Shown one piece after another: positions 60,392-64,000 of a stretch of 64,000 nucleotides of DNA. The stretch is from Octopus vulgaris (Eukaryota), in the NCBI GenBank assembly GCA_951406725.2, contig OX597832.1:28272001-28336000 (forward strand). Direction: 5' to 3'. A model generated the notes under the pieces. That model was not told where the DNA came from and ran no database searches. It saw nothing but the letters and a program-made list of their open reading frames with translations. Within the stretch, counting starts at the first letter, position 1, and the number at the start of each line of letters is the position of its first letter. The translations under genes were made by a program, and so were the position numbers.

Positions 60392-60817
60392 TATTTCTTT
60401 ATTGCCGACAGGGGGGGGGGGGGGCTAAACACAGAGGGGACATACAAGGATAGACAAACGGATTAAGTCGATTCAATCGACCCCAGTGCGTAACTGGTAC
60501 TTAATTAATCAACCACGGAAAGATGAAAGGCAAAGTCAACCTCGGCGGAATTTGAACTCAGAATGTAACTGCAGACAAAATATTTGTTTCTTTATTACCC
60601 ACAAGGGGCTAAACATAGAGGGGACAAACAAGAACAGACAAAGGGATTAAGTCGATTACATCAACTCCAGTGTGTAACTGGTACTTATTTAATCAACCCT
60701 GAAGAGATGAAAGGCAAAGTCAACCTTGGTGGAATTTGAACTCAGAACGTAACTGCAGACGAAATATTGCTAAGCATTTCACCCAGCGTGCTAACGATTC
60801 TGCCAGCTCGTCGGCCT
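60392..60817 (-). mobile_element. Family A SINE, tandem dimer
   Basis: Same dimer layout as 19013-19428. Confidence 0.85.
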
Positions 60818-61974
60818 AATTACTCTATAAATATTTTATAATCTATGATGGTGGTAGAGGGAGAGAGTGGAAGGAGCCAAATCAGTGGTGGAGGCCACTA
60901 TATTGGATCATCTCCAGCAGAGATACACAAGGGGAACCATACAGTCCAAAAGAGACCCATGGTATCATCTCTACATTAATAACTCTTTCCTGAATGCAAG
61001 ACGCCAGTAACAAGGAAACCATTGAACCATTTTTATTTTACCATTTGCTTCATTAGTTTTTAGTTCCAACCACTCCTGAAAAATAAATGGCAAGACTGGG
61101 TGGAACCAGTCTATATCTGTAGGTCATATGCTACTGGGAAAATGCATTTGTTTTTGGTAACCAGGGGTATTCAATCTGTGGGAATTCTTTGATTGGCTCC
61201 AACTGGAGATCCTCGCCTCCCACCCCACCCAAATCAAGAAAGATTTTATCTTTATATTTGTATAGTATGTTTTCTTTTTTTTTTCTTTGTCTAATTTATG
61301 TAAACCCCTAAGCTTCATTTGATGTCATAGCAAAACAATGTACATGGTAACACTTCCAATCAGTTAAGATCGGAACCCACGAGAGCCACTGCCTGGTATT
61401 GCATCAGAGAAATATCATTATTATTATTATTATTATTATTATCATTATCATCATTATTATCATCATTATTATTATTATCATTATTATTATTATCATTATT
61501 ATTATCATCATCATCATTATTATTATTTTTATTATCATTATTATTATTATTATTATGGTTGTTGCTGTAGTAGTTTGAAATAGAACAACAATTTTCGATT
61601 TTAGACTGTATACTAGAAGTCGTGGGCCACTGCAGAGAAATAGTCCCACATCACTGTTCTGGAGTGCCACATATGATAGCATAGGTTCAGAGATCAAATC
61701 CAAGCAAGAAGTTAAGGAGACAAGAGAAAACTTAACATTCTGCCCTGCAGAACCGAAACCCTTGACCTGGCGCCACATTGACCGAAACATTTCAATTTCT
61801 GTCAGGCTGAAATGGTCAGCAAAGTGTTTCTTACCAACCATTGGACGCACCAACAGACATCACTACTTTTAGCGGGATTTGATTATCTGATAATCCCTAT
61901 ACCACTCTAGAGGATTATCAGAAGAAATCATTCACTAATTAGTGTAGTTGTATCACTACTTAATAATACTAATT

Positions 61975-62181
61975 ATACTACTACTATTACTACTACTGCT
62001 CCTGCTACTACTACTACTACTACTGCTGCTGCTACTGCTGCTACTACTACTACTACTGCCACCGCTACTACTACTACTACTGCCACCGCTACTACTACTA
62101 CTACTGCCGCTACTACTACTACTACTACTACCGCTACTACTACTACTACTGCCACCGCTACTACTACTACTACTACCGCCG

Positions 62182-62231
<50 letters not shown>

Positions 62232-62240
62232 GCTACTACT
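61975..62240. repeat. (CTA)n tract with periodic GCCACCG interruptions
   Basis: Directly visible. Confidence 0.92.
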
Positions 62241-62876
62241 AATAATAATAATAGTTGTAGCTCCCCGCTGTACCTCCCAGTAGCAATAATTTGGTGATAA
62301 GGCATGGGGGTGGAGGTGGGGAAGGCCTGGAATATTGAGTTGATAGAGACATTGATGAATATTAGAATAGTTTGTTATCAGCAGGTCCTAATTAGATTAA
62401 TTATTCAGAGCCTGATCATAGCTGTGTCAGCAACATCCTCCATCAATGACAATAACGGCATCAATAATATATTATTCTTGTTCAACAAGAAATGAATGTG
62501 ATGTTTAGCAACAAACCGGAATAAATCAGCAACAATCACAACCACAAAACTGCCCCAGGCTGAAATTCGCAACAACAACTTCAGCTACAATAGAAGCTAA
62601 ATTAGCAACAACATCATAACAGAACTGACTTTGGCTGAATTAACAACAACTGCAACAGCAAAACTGAAGCAGACTAAATTAGCAACGCTTGCAATAAGAG
62701 AACTGACCCACATCAGATTGTTGACAGAAACTCTGGCTATAACAGCAGAACTGATAATGGCTAAATTAGCAACAATTAAAACAACAATAAAAGGGAGTTT
62801 GATTAAATTAGCAACAACCCCAGCAGTGCTCGCCTTAGCTAAATTAGCCACAGCAGCAAAACTGACCCCGGTTAAA

Positions 62877-63386
62877 TTAGCAACAACTACCACCACAACA
62901 AAACTGACCCAGGCCACATTAGCAACAACTACCACCACAACAAAACTGACCCAGGCCACATTAGCAACAACTACCACCACAACAAAACTGACCCAGGCTG
63001 CATTAGCAACAACTACCACCACAACAAAACTGACCCAGGCTACATTAGCAACAACTACCACCACAACAAAACTGACCCAGGCCACATTAACAACAACTAC
63101 CACCACAACAAAACTGACCCAGGCCACATTAACAACAACTACCACCACAACAAAACTGACCCAGGCCACATTAACAACAACTACTACCACAACAAAACTG
63201 ACCCAGGCCACATTAGCAACAACTACCACCACAACAAAACTGACCCAGGCTACATTAGCAACAACTACCACCACAACAAAACTGACCCAGGCTACATTAA
63301 CAACAACTACCACCACAACAAAACTGACCCAGGCCACATTAACAACAACTACCACCACAACAAAACTGACCCAGGCCACATTAGCA
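62877..63386. repeat. 42-bp minisatellite, 12 near-perfect copies with degenerate flanks (about 62520-63540)
   Basis: Unit TTAGCAACAACTACCACCACAACAAAACTGACCCAGGCCACA. Confidence 0.95.
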
Positions 63387-64000
63387 ACACCAATAACACA
63401 ACTGCTACAATATATCTAAATTCAAAATGAGAGTATGGCTGACCACAACAACAACAAGAGTGATCGTGTCTATATTAGCAAGAACAACAACAAAATTGAC
63501 CATTGTCACATTAACAACAACCTTAGCAAGAACATTTATAACCAGTCTTTGTCCAATCCGATCTGACCATTGTTATACAACAACAATCGGAACTAACCCA
63601 GTCTCCATGACAACAGAAACAATATTATTTCCTTGTACGAAACGAAAGAGAGATAACACCTTAGAAATGCCATTGTTCGTTAATATCCTTCGTCTTTTGT
63701 CATTTTCTGTTTTCTCTCCTTAAGGACACTAAGACACCATTCCTACGTTAAAACCTGTGACAATACAACAAAGTTTACATAATTGCTTTCTTCACTTCAC
63801 GGGGGAAGGGTCACATGATCAAGTCCCCCACCCCACCCCACCCCACCCCCATGTCTCCTGTCAGCACAATGTGTCCACTTGGCGAGGAACGATCATGAAT
63901 GCAGCTTACATTTCTATTCTTGATGTATTTCCATTGCAGAGACTAAACAAACCGGATCGATAACTTAAACTAATCAATCTTCCGTATGTAAAAGGGTGGA

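Noticed and set aside
61404-62305. Poly-Ile, poly-Leu and poly-Val ORFs resembling signal or transmembrane proteins
   Set aside because: (ATT)n and (CTA)n microsatellites
40257-64000. Constitutive N-terminal anoctamin exons and promoter
   Set aside because: No exon with recognisable N-terminal anoctamin motifs was found; they probably lie beyond the window

Overview
Eukaryotic, AT-rich, microsatellite- and SINE-dense genomic DNA, most likely from an octopus (inferred from the repeat families). The window is dominated by one multi-exon anoctamin/TMEM16 gene on the minus strand. I hand-spliced 20 GT-AG exons between 40256 and 7835 into one frame-consistent ORF of 2107 nt (about 701 aa plus stop). 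It covers the end of the cytosolic N-terminal domain, all transmembrane helices, the Ca2+-binding residues and the C-terminus. The N-terminal exons are not visible and probably lie beyond 64000, behind an intron of more than 23 kb. The introns hold several tRNA-derived SINE families, non-autonomous Helitrons, a Dong/R4-type RLE retroposon fragment, an RTE fragment with a TSD, MITEs, Penelope-like palindromes and minisatellites. Almost all ORFs in the supplied track are microsatellite or SINE artefacts. Best leads: (1) three small candidate cassette exons (6, 35 and 40 nt) in the large intron whose phases fit together and keep the anoctamin frame open; (2) a roughly 330-bp highly structured element with two hammerhead-ribozyme-like cores, plus other hammerhead-like motifs in Penelope-type repeats. 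No prokaryote-type system (CRISPR etc.) is present.
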